DNA of 40,873 bases from Chiloscyllium plagiosum (GCF_004010195.1 NW_025214254.1:1-40873), one strand, 5' to 3'. Shown: positions 13,409 to 24,760, numbered from the stretch's first letter. Numbers and translations are program-made. The notes: generated by a model from the letters alone, not told the origin.

Positions 13409-13495
13409 TGCAGGAACAATAAGGATTTTTAGGGGCATTATGATTGTGTAACTGAAACACACCTGCCCCCAAAAGTCCCTCACTTTCCCTGCGGA
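13409..13495 (-). ncRNA. mir365: microRNA-365 precursor (miR-365a/365-1 type)
   Basis: Minus strand 13440-13419 = UAAUGCCCCUAAAAAUCCUUAU (canonical miR-365-3p); 5p arm 13480-13458 = AGGGACUUUUGGGGGCAGGUGUG; arms pair; CNNC (CAUC) 16 nt 3' of the 3p arm. Confidence 0.97.
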
Positions 13496-14110
13496 ACCGT
13501 GTGTACTCTGAAACGCACTCAGTCTGGGCTATTTATCGAACGGGTGCCAAAGATATATAGCTATATTGACGCTCACCCCATTTTGTACCAAGATTGTTTC
13601 GCAATCTCTGGCCGACCCAAGAGTGACAGTTTCTCAACTCAACTTCGTCAATTAAATATTTCAAGGACATTTCTTTCATATTTTGTTTTAGAAAGGGCAA
13701 AAATTTCTTTAAAAAATGTAAAACATTGGTAATTACTGAGTTATTTGGCCGTTTGAGAATACAGCAACATTTAGGTTATGGCGATTTAAAAGCGAAATGC
13801 AACTTTTCCTGAGTTAATAATTGGAAAGAGCAGCTCAATCATCGCTAACAAGCAGTTTAATATTATGGAAGTTATAACTAAATAGCAATGCTAAATCTTG
13901 GTTAAAATAAAAGAAAGTTTGACATTTTGAAAGTCCTATTCATTTATAAAGACGTATAATATCCATTCATCGGTGAGTTACTTGCTCCTTGTCACGTTGT
14001 TTTTAAAAGAAAGCTATACCCAGAAGTTAAATGATTGTTCACAGCATTTTCAACTCCTGGGATACTCAAGTAACAGACCACAAACCATGTTTAAACTTGC
14101 AGACGAGTAC

Positions 14111-14196
14111 GTGAAGTCCAAAAGCGGGACTTTGCGGGCCAGTTGGTTCCTGTTAAACATCTCATCTCGCCCTCAAAATCCCGCTCCAGGATTCAC
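14111..14196 (-). ncRNA. mir193b: microRNA-193b precursor
   Basis: Minus strand 14144-14123 = AACUGGCCCGCAAAGUCCCGCU (miR-193b-3p, seed ACUGGCC); 5p arm 14183-14162 = CGGGAUUUUGAGGGCGAGAUGA; hairpin with lower stem; CGUC 18 nt downstream; clustered with miR-365. Confidence 0.97.
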
Positions 14197-14883
14197 TCCC
14201 ATTATCGGTTTACCCCTTTTAACCCCCTTCCCACCTCCATCCAACTCCCGCCCCCAATACACACACACACACAAAATCCATCTGCCTCGCGTCTTCAGTC
14301 CTCGGCACACGAGCGAGTTGTCAAATAGTTTTCCGAGGCAGTCAGCCGACCCAACTTGCATCTGTACAACCGAATCTCGAAGGGAGGGTTAGAGACTGCT
14401 GCTGCTCGTCTTCAGTGCGATATCTTATCGCTCACACGCATTGTACACATTCCAAATACTAAATACCGTCTTGTTACTGAAGCAGGGGACATCATTCCTC
14501 TGAAACTGAAACTGTATCGATTGTGTAACTAACACGCAGCGAATATTTCAAACCATTGTCGACTGTTGCACTTTAAAGATTATTTCCAGGCGTTCTTTAC
14601 AGAGTTGGTAAAGCGGAATATGTTCACGTCGGTTTGCAGCAGCGATTCTCACAGTATCACCGAGCTGTTTAAATGCACCCATTATTTATTCCGGTTGTTT
14701 ACAAATTTGTTAAAGTGCCTGGACCTCTCTGAATTGTTTGATTAGCCGACTATTAATTTTTCTCTTTCCCCACCCCACCCCACCCCAAATTTTAAAAAGA
14801 GAAAATCCAGCGAACCTAGTTAGTCCGGTCTCGGTTTGGGAAATTGACAGGGCTGTCAATTTGGAACCGGGGCTGCCAGAGCA

Positions 14884-15066
14884 TTTCACATATTTATGTC
14901 ACATGTTCAATTTCACATGTAAATTTCACGTGTTAACTTCACATGTCAATTTCCCGTTTTTTTTAATGCCACCTGTTAATCACTGGCGCCTTGTTAATTT
15001 CGCGTTTTAGATTTCGCACGTTAATCGTGTAAATTAAATTTCGCACATTCATTTCACACGTTAACT
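14884..15066. repeat. Degenerate ~13-bp tandem repeat (AATTTCACATGTT-like) containing four E-boxes
   Basis: CACATG at 14900, 14914 and 14940; CACGTG at 14927; decayed units continue to ~15066. Confidence 0.65.
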
Positions 15067-15766
15067 GCGCCTCTGGCTTTCTTCTCCCCCCAACCCCCCC
15101 AAGGATCAGCGCCTGACAGGCGTATTTATGTTTATTTAATCAGTGGCGTTGTAAGAAAGACTCTGCGTTTGTCAGAATTTCGAGATAGGAAGTCTTAATA
15201 AATCTGCTACACCACAGATCTGTTTACGCAACTTCCAAAAGGTCGGCATTGAGTAACAGACTGGAATATTATATTTGTTCCCACTGCGTTCGCCGTTTTA
15301 AAACACACACGGACACACACACACCACGATTGTACTTGGGCGACAGGATCCTACCTACATCAGACTTGATCATAACCAAGGGACCACCAGTAGTCTAGTC
15401 AGTGTCTACGTGAAATGTCATAGATTTACATGGCATTCACGTAAAAATAAAGAAACTGGTCCCATCTGTTGTCTCAGAGCGTCTTGCAGCCAGAATGTGA
15501 ATAAATGTTACTGCAATGTTACGTCCAGATCTGTCCTGACTTATTTTATTCACAATAAAAAAAAACAAACGCATTCATTTTCACCTCCTCCCCCGCCCTT
15601 CCATGATTTCCACCTATTATATCGCCACGTTAAAACTAAGACATGCTAAAACCGCACGTGTCCCAGTGCCAACACTCTCCCCCTCACCCCAGTCCCCACT
15701 ATTCTTTTTGCTGAGCAGGACAGACGCTTATGAATGGGGCGAGAACGCTCAAAAATCAAACAGAGT

Positions 15767-16112
15767 ACTCACTTGCGCGGATTGAGAAGTTTCGAAGCTC
15801 CGGCGTCAGTTCCCTCCCTCACTCACTCCACTCCCCTCCCTCACTCCCCTCCCCTCTTCTCCTCTCCTCCCCTCTCCTCTCCTCTCCTCTCCTCTCCTCC
15901 TCCCCTCCCCTCTCCCCTCCCTCATACCGCAGAACACGAGTGATCTCTCTCTCTCTCTCTCTCGCCCGCTCGTTCACAGCAAACCCTGAGTCATTATGGG
16001 CATTTTTTTCTCTCTCTCTCGAAGATCACATTGCTGAAAGAAGATTTCTTCATGGTCACGCCACCAGGTTCCCCCCGCCCGCCCCCAAGGTCTGGTTTTG
16101 GGGGGCGGGGGG
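15767..16112 (-). promoter_or_regulatory. Candidate promoter and first exon of the miR-193b/365 host transcript
   Basis: CpG-enriched; GC boxes at 16073-16086 and 16101-16110; AP-1 site TGAGTCA at 15987-15993; minus-strand donor CAA|GTGAGT at 15772-15767; ~1.6-1.9 kb upstream of miR-193b. TSS not determinable. Confidence 0.5.
15811..15963. repeat. Polypyrimidine/polypurine tract with (CCTCT)n and (CT)n
   Basis: Almost pure C/T on the plus strand at 15811-15923; (CT)n at 15945-15963. Confidence 0.85.
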
Positions 16113-16677
16113 AGAGGGGGTCAGGATTTGGAAGGGAAGGGGATGTGAGAGAGACAGTCGGAATTTAAAACAAAAAAAACTTTTTTTTTGAAAAAAAAAG
16201 CCCATTGCTTGAATTATTTCCCCGAGGACCTGAATCGTTATCCTCCAGTTGCCAATATTAAATATATCGCCTCCTGATCGCTACTGATATTGACACGTTT
16301 TGTTGCGAGAACCAATGTTTTAAAGTCGGCTGTGCATGTAACTGCCTTAGAGCCCGGGTTGTATTGAATGGGCTTTTTCTACCCCCCCCAATAAAAGTCA
16401 CCTCCAAATATAGTAACGCGGAAGGGGCATTCCTAGAAATTAGGGAGACGTCAAGAAGAGTGGCAGCCGATTCTCCGCTTTCCAACTGCAGGGGGAGCCC
16501 TAGAGACAAACCCTGCCACCCAGACAGCTCCCTTCATAAATCCTCCCTTTCCCAAGTCAGAGTTGTTAAACAGCACAGAAAGAGGCCCGCCGTCTCATCA
16601 CCTCACTTCAAGCCGTCTTTCCTTGATCATCAATTAACCAGAGCTTTCTGAACCAAACGAGCACAAGGCAGCTGGTG

Positions 16678-16778
16678 CAAAATCAGAAATTGCTGGAGAC
16701 ACTCTGCTGGCCTGGCAGCATCTGTGGGGGAAGAAAGCAGAGTCAACCTTTCGAGTCCAGTGACCCTTCCTCAGAACC
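16678..16778 (-). mobile_element. PLE terminal-repeat fragment with hammerhead-ribozyme motif
   Basis: Minus strand 16778-16741 = GGUU CUGAGGA A GGGUC-ACUG-GACUC GAA AGGU U GACU, then ctgctttcttcccccacagatgctgccaggcc. Confidence 0.75.
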
Positions 16779-17249
16779 AGAAGCACCCAGGAAAAGGTGG
16801 TACACTTACTGATGGCAGGGGTTGAGAGTGGAAAGGGGTGAGTGGATAGGTAGATACAGGGCACAGAGAGAGAGCGCACAAGTTAGGCAGATGCTGGCAT
16901 GGTTGATTGTGTGCCAGGGAGGGGAAAAAATGCTGATATTGGGGACCATGAGTTGATGAAAATTGGGTTGACTGTGCTGCAAGCAGCCCATGTCACTAAA
17001 GACAACTGGTGTAGTTTGACCTTCTCCAACAGCCATACCAACTGTTTCCAGCTGCACCATCCTCACTACATAATGGAAGTCTAAATACAGCAGAAAGTAC
17101 ACAACTGGAACCAACATTTGCAAAAACTGGGAGAAAAGCTGGTTTCAGTTATAACTGATATGCAACAGTTGTGTATCTAACATCAAAATACAACTTTCCT
17201 GCAGTCAGGTGGAAGGGTATAGTGTCAGATAGTTTAGGACCCTTGGCAA

Positions 17250-17550
17250 CTCACTCAAGTTTCTTCAACACCGTCTTTACCATCTAGAGGGACAAAAGGT
17301 AGCAGATACCTGGGAACACTGCCATTTACAAGCTATTCTCGAAGTAACACACTGTCCTGACTTTGAAATATATTGTCATTCCTTCTTTGTCGCTGGGTCA
17401 AAATCCTGGAACTCCTCCTGAACAGCAGTGTGGGTGTCCCCACACCACGTGGACTGCAGCAATTCAAGACGACAATGCACCAGCACCTTCTCTAGGACAA
17501 TCAGGGCAATCCATGGCATAGCCAGTGATGTCCGCACCTCATTAATGAAT
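17250..17550 (+). mobile_element. 3' tail of an old CR1/L2-group LINE
   Basis: agcagatacctgggaacact...gtcgctgggtcaaaatcctggaactcc...ggactgcagcaattcaag; homologous to 7030 and 9470-9705. Confidence 0.7.
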
Positions 17551-17589
17551 TAGCAAAACGTAGAACCATCTTTCTTTCTCGTAAAGCCT

Positions 17590-17875
17590 TTTTAATGACC
17601 TTAAGGTGTGCCAAAGTATTTTTAAAGTGCTGTCATCTTTATAATGTAGAAATCACAGCAGCCATTTACCCACTGCAAGCGCCCACAACAGGAATGAAAC
17701 ATGAGCAAACAATTTGATTGTTTGGCATTGCTGAAAGATCAATATGGGCCAAGCATGAGGAAGGTGCCATTTTGAATACAACTGTGAAGCTTTTTATATA
17801 CATCTGACAGGGCAGATGAGGCTTTGTTATAATGCCTCATTTGCAAGACAGCACCTTCAGTGCAATGTTCCCTTA
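17590..17875 (-). mobile_element. Ancient Deu-domain SINE remnant (SacSINE1/AmnSINE1-like)
   Basis: catctgacagggcagatgaggctttgttataatgcctcatttgcaagacagcacc resembles the Deu central domain; related copy at 27520. Confidence 0.6.
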
Positions 17876-19969
17876 GCAACAGATCATACAGTACAACTTT
17901 GAAGAAAAATTACTTAATAGTTCACATGCCTGCTAAGAAGCCTTAGTACATCTTCTATGTTTATAATAGTTCCATTCTAAACTGATGGGTGTATATATTA
18001 GTTCACTACTCATTTCTGAGATCTGCTTTAAATCTGACCTTTACTGATAGAGTGAAGACCCCTTTGCTGTAGTGAGTGAATATGGACAGTATTGGACTAG
18101 CTGTCAGTGTATATGAATCCACAATGCTGAAATATTAAATTCTGCACTCATTACTAACCCGTGACAATTTTACTCAAAGGTCTTAAAGCTACCTGTTACA
18201 AAATGTGATAACAAGCAATCCTGGTGCAATGGAGTATGCTAAGGTTATGTTTAGATGGGAATGAGAGATCTTTACTGTATTTTTACCCACACTATATTAA
18301 ATCCGACCTGATAATATGCAATAAATAAAAAAAACTCAATTTCCTAGCAATGATACCCTTATTTTGTACATTATTTTGGAAGTGGGTGCAAAATGCATAG
18401 GACATTGAACTGTTCCTGTAGAATAAATATTTGGAAAAGTTAAATTTTGAAGTCTTGATTTCCATTATGAAGGATGATAAACTTCATAACTTGCGAATTA
18501 ATAGTTCCTCTTGGCTCTGAGAAAACCTAATTACGCTTGGAAGCAACAGCTGATCGAGCTTATCTGTTTGTATCCTTATGCAACATCATTGTTGCTGACC
18601 TCTCATTGCCAAGAACACACACGCCAACATAAATTCATATGCACAAATTTTTCACATTATCTTAAAGCTATTAGACACTGACATATACCAATTAAAACAA
18701 GTCTACATTTCAAAATGGTAACTTTGCATAAGTATCACATTTGAGTACATAACTTAAAACAGATTTGCTTACGTTAATAATAGTTTCTTTTCCTGGTGTT
18801 CCATTTTCCAAAAGCTTTTCAGAAGTACCCCAACTATATAAGATGTTACATGTTATTTATTTCTGTGTTCAGGAAATGAATAGTGCCCATTCTCAAAATA
18901 TACAGTAAGAGTTATGTCTGTCATGTGGTCCCCCTACCTCAACCAAAGATAACTTGACAGCTTCACAGGAAGACATGTCATTCTCTGACTATTTATTGCA
19001 ATGTTTGGAGAGGGTAATGCTAAATGTGGATGGTATCAGCTTACATTGGAATTCTGAAGGATATAACATAGTGCCGAGATGGGGATATTGAAGATAAGTG
19101 AGAACAACCATCAGAGCAATGTCACAGCACAATCATAGACAAGTGGTACAAAAGAATCATTACCAAAAGCTAATGGCTGGATGAAAATGTTTTCTGTGGC
19201 TCAGTGAGATTAATTTTACGTTGAAGGTGGGTAGAGCATCTAGTTTTCCATATTCATTCACACCAATTTGCTCATGGAATAGTTTTCTTTGGTATCTAGC
19301 ATTTTCTGCTCTTCTTGAAATAATTTTGAAAATGTGCACATTTCAAAACTTCTGGTGATGCTTCTGCATGTTCGTTTGAACAGAGGAACTGTGTGTGAGA
19401 GCAAAAGAAAGGAAATTTGAAATGAATGAAAACAGAGATGGCAGAGATAGAAAATAGATGACAAATTCACAGTCATCTATTTGACCCAGTCACAAAAGGT
19501 CATGGTCTGTATCATTGTCTCTGATTTGTGGGGATGTTGAGTTAGCATTGTGCAGGACAGAGGTGAATATATTCAAATGTGAAAGTGTGATCTCCCCCTT
19601 TTGATAATGCACCATTTTACAAACTAATTATAGGTGACAAAGGCATTGCTCATCGCTGTCTCCACACTGAGTCAGAATATCTTTTTAGTGTTGAACTAAG
19701 AGCAGTTGAACACAATGAATGCCTATAATTTCAAAACAAGGCTTAGAACCCCTATGCTGTGCACAACACATACAGCTGGATTTAAAATGTGGTGCCAGAG
19801 GTGGAAACAAATCTGCTAGAACACAAAGGCTGGATGTGTTTAGTTATAAAATGAAGCCCAGGTAAATCTATTGAATATTTCCATCCCTTTGTGGTGAGAT
19901 ATAGAGCAAGGTAATAATTAGCACCAATATATTAAAGAAATCTTCAATGAAAATAGAGAACTCTGAAAA

Positions 19970-20080
19970 CAAAGTTAGCTTTTCAAGCCTAATGTGACTC
20001 ATCTTCAGAATTGGAATTTTTACACACCTGTATGTTCTGTTTTTGTTTCAGATTTCCAGCATCAGTGGTATTTTGCTTTT
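19970..20080. mobile_element. Degenerate PLE terminal-repeat fragments in both orientations
   Basis: Minus strand ttctgaagatgagtcacattaggcttgaaaagctaact (decayed hammerhead-like); plus strand ttctgtttttgtttcagatttccagcatc. Confidence 0.5.
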
Positions 20081-20231
20081 ATTAAGTGTGACTGATAAAG
20101 ATCGGAGTAATTTTCCATCAAGTTTATCCATCACAGAGATGGAGATGTGACAAAATAGGTTGGTCAAACTCTGCCTGTCTCGATGTAGATCCTTATCTCC
20201 TTTTCCCAAGTTGTAGCGGTAGGTGGATAAT

Positions 20232-20363
20232 GACTTGGACGTGCTAGTGTTGGACTGGGGTGGACAAAAATCACACAACACCAGGTTATTGTCCAACAGG
20301 TTTGGGAGCAGCACTCCAAAAGCTACTGCTTCCAAATAAACCTGGTGTTGTGAGATTTTTAAT
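20232..20363. mobile_element. Short fold-back PLE-type insertion with target-site duplication
   Basis: Inverted arms aaaaatcacacaacaccaggtt (20266-20287) and aacctggtgttgtgagattttt (20339-20360); flanking direct repeat taggtggataat (20220-20231) and taggtcgataat (20364-20375). Confidence 0.75.
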
Positions 20364-21944
20364 TAGGTCGATAATTAGAATTGAAACAGTGAAGACTGCA
20401 AGTGCATACAGATGAAAATCCCTCTTGTCAATATGATGAGGTCTTGAGTCAGTCCAACCAGAGAAAGAAAAATCAACCCAACATGAGGCTATTCTTGTCC
20501 TTGGCTGGGATCATCGATTTGAAAGCTGAATAATTTACTGAAACTTTCTCAATAATCTAGTTCTGTTTACAGGGGAGAAAAACTTTGACATAAGTAGAAT
20601 GGCATCCATTCCCCATGCAACAACCCCTAGTTGCACAATATCTTAACTGTCAATGCAATTTTTATCTTCTCCTCCAGCATAACCTGCCAGTCCACAGTTT
20701 CACTCTGTACAGCTGCAGCATGCCATTGTTTCAGGCCTAAGGCCCACAGATTTTAGACCAACTTCTCTCATATCATACATCTAGCATCTGGCACATCAGA
20801 GCAATTTTGTTAATGTATTTATTTACAGCTTTTAGAATAATCCTGCAGTAACATGTTATACATCTGAACAGTGTAATCCATCCACCTCAGCTTTCAAGAG
20901 GCTTTAAAAGCTAATCTAACTTTGCACTCATGATTAATGACATGATTTGACCCCTCAAGTGGCTAGTAACTCTGCAATACATCTGCAGCCAGCTATTATT
21001 TTACTGACAAGCAAAACTCATTTTTAACTGATGGTTTAATTTCAATTGTTATTGCAACGGTGACTGCACTCATCAGACTGATGAGGTAAGGGTTAATGTG
21101 AACTCCTGATATTATTGGAAGCTGCTGAGTTAAGATTAAGCATAAAGTAGCAGCCCTGGGAAGCAGCATGATTATAAATTGCAAGAGTTTCCTGGACAGA
21201 AATACTACTCAAGAGTATTAGTTTGCCACTGATGTTTATTTATACAATCCTGGAATCCTGTAGAGAAACACTTGTGTGCATCATTTACTCTTTATGAAGG
21301 CCCTTGGAACGATAAAGTTCTGCAAATTTCACAGAGTAATAAATAAACAGAAGTGTCTCTTAAGTGTGTAACAATGATGAAAGATTCAGGTGGTATCAGA
21401 AACCACAAATACTTGACAGAAGATCAAGTGGTTTATAAATGTTGCCTAATAAGACTTTGCCATAACTGTGGGCATGCTCCCAGGGTATTTTTTTAAAAGC
21501 CATTTATCAACACCCAGGATTACACTCACAATGTGTTATGATAGCAACAGTTCCCCAGTGAACTGTACTGCAAAGGCAATCTTTCTGTTCACAATGATTG
21601 TCCAATTTAGTTGTGAACAGTTCAAAAGATAGAAAAAGGTTGTTGGATATGGCAAGTAGAGGTTGGCCAACCAAGGAGTGTGTTGGATTCTTTTCCCTGT
21701 TGCTAATTTTTGAAAACATTGTTACTGTATCTTTTATGAAGAGAGGCTTCATTTCATAAACTGTAATACCAGGCAGTTGGATCCTAATGCAAGCTGAAAT
21801 GGCCTGGCAAATTACATTAAAAAAGAAATCATAGTACCTCAGAGAAAAAGAATGCACAAGCAAGCAGTAACAGTCCAGAATCAGAAAACCATTCAGACAA
21901 TAATATAAAACAGAGGACTGAGAATGTCAAAAATCCAAACCAAA

Positions 21945-23025
21945 AAGAGTGATAGTGAAACTCAGTGGGTCTGCCAGCATCTCTAGCAAGAAAAGCAGAG
22001 TTAAACATTTCAGATGCAGTGACTCTTCATCAGAACTGAAAGCACCTGGAAAAAATTGACATTTTTGGTGATGACAGAGGTTGCATTGGGAGTGGGGAGG
22101 ACTGAAGGAGTGAATCACATAGATGGACATAGTGGCCAGAGACAGCAAAAGAAAAATAAGGAGAAGCAAAGGGATATTAAACTTGGAGAGAGAGAAAGGC
22201 TGAATGGGTGCTAACGGCAAGCATAAATAGTTGAAAATGAGTTGGCTGAACTGGGAGGAACTCATACAGAACAAGGCCTGGGAGTGTGGGGTGGGTAACG
22301 AATATAGATTCCATAGAGTCTCTACAGCATGGATACAGGCCATTTGGCCCATCGAATCCATGCCGACCTTCTGAAGAGCATCCCACCCAGACCCACCCCT
22401 ATCCCTGTAACCCTTCATTTCCCATGGTTAATCCACCTAGCCTGTAAATCCCTGAACACTATGGGCAAATTAGCATGGCAAATCCACTTAACCTGCACAT
22501 CTTTGGACTGTGGGAGGGAAACCAGAGCTCCTGGAGAAAACCCAAGCAGTCACAGGGAGAATGTGCAAACTCCACACTGACAGTCGCCTGAGGTGGAATT
22601 AAACTCAAGTATCTGGTGCTATGAGTCAACAGTGCTAACCACTGAGCCACCATGCCACTCCTAAAATTCATAGTATTCATGTTATGAAATTGTTAAACTC
22701 AATGTTGAGTCCTGAGGGCTGTAAGGTACCTCAGCGGAAGTTCAGATGCTGTTCCTCCAGCTTGCATTGGTCTTCGCTGAATCACTACAGTAGGCCTGAG
22801 GCTGAAATGTTGGCCAGGGAACATGGTGGCATGTAGAAGTGACAAGCAATCAGAAGCTCATTTTTATGGTCAGAGTAAAGGTGTTCTGCAAAGTGGTTAC
22901 CCAGTCTACATTTTGTCTCCCATGTGTACAGGAAATCACATTATAAGTAGCAAATATAGACAGTCTCCATATTGATTGAAATGCAGGTGAATCATTGCTT
23001 CATCTGGAAGGCATGCCTGGGGCTT
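21945..23025 (-). mobile_element. Old Penelope-like element 3' portion (GIY-YIG C-terminus plus terminal repeat), interrupted by an HE1 SINE
   Basis: Minus strand ~22685-22770 translates QCKLEEQHLNFR*GTLQPSGLNIEFNNF; ~22980-23020 PRHAFQMKQ*FTCIS; decayed hammerhead motif at 21999-22037. Confidence 0.75.
22305..22660 (-). mobile_element. HE1-type SINE, full length, nested in the PLE
   Basis: Minus strand gagtggcatggtggctcagtggttagcactg...gtggagtttgcacattctccc...atgggccaaatggcctgtatccatgctgtagagactctatg. Confidence 0.9.
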
Positions 23026-23659
23026 TCAATACTCAAGGCAATTCTAGCTCATGTCAATCCAGTAATATTTTCCTGTTCAGGTAAACCATCTCCACAGATT
23101 AGTCATGCAACAGACTAACATTCTGGTAAATTCATGGCACAATTTATCCTTAACTTCTTCACCATCCTTATCCATTCTACTGACAGAGGTGTAAAGTTAA
23201 CTGGAGTTGAATCTGAGCCCTCAATATTGAATCTGAAGCTTGCAGAATTTCATGAGTTCAGATCAAATTAAGTCAAAGAAACCTATTACCCATGTTCCTC
23301 TTCAAAGAATGAATCAAACTCGAAGGAAGAAAAACTTTCAATGGATACTTCTGAGAGTGATTGGCTCATATTATGACTGAGCGAAACAATCCCTGAATGA
23401 AAGAATTACCAAACTAGGCCTGCATTATGTTGCGTTCTGACACGGCTATTTGCCTTACGCAGAGAAAGGTTCCACACCAGCTATAATACTGAACTAGACC
23501 TGGATATGGAAATGGGAGTTCAAAACTTATCATAGCAACTTGTGAGTTGAGCTTAGTTATTTGAATAAATATAGAATTTAAAAGCTTGTATCCAGACGTG
23601 GAAACTAAAAGATCGAAGTAAATAAGAACTGGTTCACAAATGTCACTTGAGGCAAGATA

Positions 23660-23800
23660 ACTCACTGTCCTTACCTGACCTGACTCCTGGTCCCCAACAA
23701 TATGGCTGACTCTTCAGTAACCAACAAAGGGCTCAAGAATCTTGTGGAAATGGATATAACTCAAGGCCTTTTCCATGATGCCCACATGCAATCAATGAAT
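23660..23800 (+). mobile_element. SINE 3' fragment (family of 24425)
   Basis: ctgtccttacctgacctgactcc...aacaatatggctgactctt...gatgcccacatgcaatcaatgaat. Confidence 0.45.
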
Positions 23801-24188
23801 TAAAGTAAATGCCTACAAATGAAGTAGATTGATTTTAATTTTCACAATGAAGCCACCCTCAACTGTGTAGTTTGCCATTAGCACAATGTTAAGGGAGACA
23901 AACTGAAGGGAGAGTTAGACTCCCAAGTCTGAGGAGCAGAGGGACATGGATGGAATAAACTAAAGCAGCCAACTTTATACTACCACAACATGTAAACTCC
24001 TGACCCAGTTCATTCCTTCTTTCTCCATTAGCATTAAACGGAGAGACTATTCCTGCTTCAGCAAAAAGTAACGAAAGCCATGTTTGGAGCAAAACAAGAT
24101 ACAACAACCTTGTATTGTGCATTTGTGCATTTAACATAAAACATCTTGTGAGATTTCAGAACAGCATTAGGAACATCTTGGAATAAAA

Positions 24189-24409
24189 TTAGATTAGATT
24201 ACTTACAGTATGAAAACAGGCCCTTCGGCCCAACAAGCCCACACCAACCCTCCGTAGAGCAATCCACCCAGACCCATTCACCTACATTTACCCCTTCACC
24301 TAACACTATGGGCAATTTAGCATGGCCAATTCACCTAACCTGCACATTTTTGGACTGTGGAAGGAAACCGGAGCACCCGGAGGAAAGCCACGCAGACACC
24401 GGGAGAATG
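24189..24409 (-). mobile_element. HE1-type SINE, 5'-truncated
   Basis: Matches the 3' two-thirds of 3474-3794; ends in a (TCTAA)n tail. Confidence 0.88.
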
Positions 24410-24424
24410 AAGATGTCAAACTAG

Positions 24425-24760
24425 TGATGCTTGTAATGCCATTAAAGTAGTGATTAAAAATCCAGGCTAATGCTTTGGGGACATTGGTTCAAATCCTATA
24501 TGCACAGTTGTGGGCTTCAATATAATTAATAAGATTTGAAAATAAAGTTAGTTATGACAACTAGCGTTAGTTATTGTAAGAACTTGCATGAGAAAAAACA
24601 TCTGCAATTCTTACCTGACCAGGTTTACATGATTCCAGATCCACAGCAATATGGTTGATTCTTAACTGCCCTCTGAATTGGCCCAGTAAGCCATGGAGTC
24701 CAAGGGACAATTAGGAATGAGCAAACAAATTCTAGTGATAACAACGTCCTATGAAGAATA
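24425..24760 (+). mobile_element. Old tRNA-derived SINE with LINE-like tail
   Basis: B-box-like ggttcaaatcc at ~24486; body cttacctgaccaggtttacatgattccagatccacagcaatatggttgattcttaactgccctctgaa; tail caagggacaattaggaatgagcaa resembles the LINE tail at 7200 and 9640. Confidence 0.6.

Noticed and set aside
13973..16651. ORFs 13973-14392, 15730-16191 and 16364-16651 as proteins
   Set aside because: Low-complexity or antisense frames over the miRNA hairpin and CT-rich tract, non-ATG starts, and no recognisable domain.
21078..21105. Hammerhead starting at CTGATGAG
   Set aside because: No stem II and no GAAA; it is half of a short palindrome.
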